Assembly: GCA_047947115.1 (NCBI GenBank)
Contig: CP170459.1
Location: 3,168,001-3,232,000, forward strand
Direction of reading: 5' to 3'
DNA length: 64,000 bases
Source of the DNA: Verrucomicrobiota bacterium
GTDB lineage: Bacteria > Verrucomicrobiota > Verrucomicrobiia > Limisphaerales > AAA164-E04
The position numbers were made by a program, and so were the translations under genes. Below are positions 63,153-64,000 of the stretch, piece by piece; within the stretch, counting starts at the first letter, position 1, and every line of letters begins with the position of its first letter. The notes under the pieces are model-generated. The model searched no databases. It was not told where the DNA came from and worked only from the letters and a program-made list of their open reading frames with translations.

Positions 63153-64000
63153 TCAGCCTTCGAAGTATTTCAGCTTTCCCTGCGATGCGGCCGACCAGCA
63201 GCAGAGTTTGTAGAGAACTCTCGCCCCGACATTGGCGTCCCATTCATCGTTGCCGGGAGCCACTTCATTGAGGTCAAAACCGATGATTGTTCGACCGCTT
63301 TTGACCACCTCCCGAATCAGGCTGACCGCTTCATGAAACGCCAGTCCACCGGGCACAGGAGTTCCGGTATGCGGACACAGCTTGGGATCCAGTCCGTCTA
63401 TGTCAAAGCTGATATACACTTTGTCGGGTAATGTTTCCACAATGCGCTGGATGGTTGCTTTCCAAGGTTGGCCTTCATGATTCCCTTCCTTCAGTTGAGC
63501 GTCGAAAAAGGTTTGTATGCGATTGGGTTGTGATCGGATCAGATCCAGCTCCTGCTGACACAGGTCGCGAATGCCCACTTGAACCAAACGCGTAATCTCC
63601 ATGATTTTTAATGCATTCCACATGATGCTGGCATGTGAGAATTCAAAACCTTCATAGGACGGTCGCAGATCCGCATGTGCATCGATCTGAAGAATGCCGA
63701 ACGAGCCATGATGCTCCGCCAAGGCTTCCATCAATCCCAGGGGGGTGCTATGGTCTCCGCCGACCAGACCAACGAGCTTGCCCGACTTCAGGTGATTCAG
63801 GGCTTCCTTTTTTAACGAAGTTTTGAGTTGGTCGGCTGCCTGGTTTGCTTCCTTGACCGCTGGATCATTCGGATCCGGCGCACGTCCTTCCTCCAGTGAA
63901 GAAATGTAATCAGTGGTTGTCTTTCTGAGATTCGTGCTGGTTGATTGAATGGATGGATCCCATTCCCTGAGGACATAACCTGCTTCCCAGGCACAATCAA
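63153..64000 (-). CDS. Agmatinase/ureohydrolase-family protein, 5' end outside the window
   Basis: The frame stays open to the window edge (..KLVGLVGGDHSTPLG..). Mn-binding motifs GGDH, DAHAD and SFDIDGLDP, plus TGTPVPGG. Confidence 0.9.
   Translation of the reverse strand, partial: DCAWEAGYVLREWDPSIQSTSTNLRKTTTDYISSLEEGRAPDPNDPAVKEANQAADQLKTSLKKEALNHLKSGKLVGLVGGDHSTPLGLMEALAEHHGSFGILQIDAHADLRPSYEGFEFSHASIMWNALKIMEITRLVQVGIRDLCQQELDLIRSQPNRIQTFFDAQLKEGNHEGQPWKATIQRIVETLPDKVYISFDIDGLDPKLCPHTGTPVPGGLAFHEAVSLIREVVKSGRTIIGFDLNEVAPGNDEWDANVGARVLYKLCCWSAASQGKLKYFEG

Noticed and set aside
63153..64000. Agmatinase split or frameshifted (ORFs 63153..63734 and 63812..64000)
   Set aside because: Manual translation shows one uninterrupted frame to the window edge; the 63812 ORF is an off-frame artefact.

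Overview
Chromosomal window from a PVC-superphylum bacterium, most likely Verrucomicrobiota (inferred from the DUF1549/DUF1553-DUF1501 cluster, PVC-type propeller dehydrogenases and a Pedosphaera-type HEAT protein). The first 19.7 kb is the 5'-truncated gene of a giant (>6,500 aa) Ig-fold surface protein. It carries 30 choice-of-anchor-D-like repeats (19 are near-identical 369-bp copies), about 17 Big_9/cadherin-like repeats, 4 He_PIG-like modules and a short C-terminal domain. An outer-membrane beta-barrel gene follows 4 bp later. No RTX/T1SS, autotransporter, PEP-CTERM or LPXTG signal is visible, so the C-terminal domain plus barrel pair is my best candidate for an undescribed surface-display or anchoring system. 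The rest is housekeeping (gltA-sucCD, ispD-ctpA-tsaD, argG, stand-alone fusA, tRNA-Pro(UGG), uvrB, MscK-like channel, agmatinase-like gene) mixed with sulfatases, glycan enzymes, a vapBC pair and an ECF sigma/anti-sigma pair. Smaller observations: a HEAT-like gene split by one in-frame TAG, a ~125-bp TATA-ended ERIC-like MITE, probable leaderless promoters and several palindromes. No CRISPR, integrase, transposase or reverse transcriptase was seen. All family assignments come from motif recognition by eye, not from database searches.
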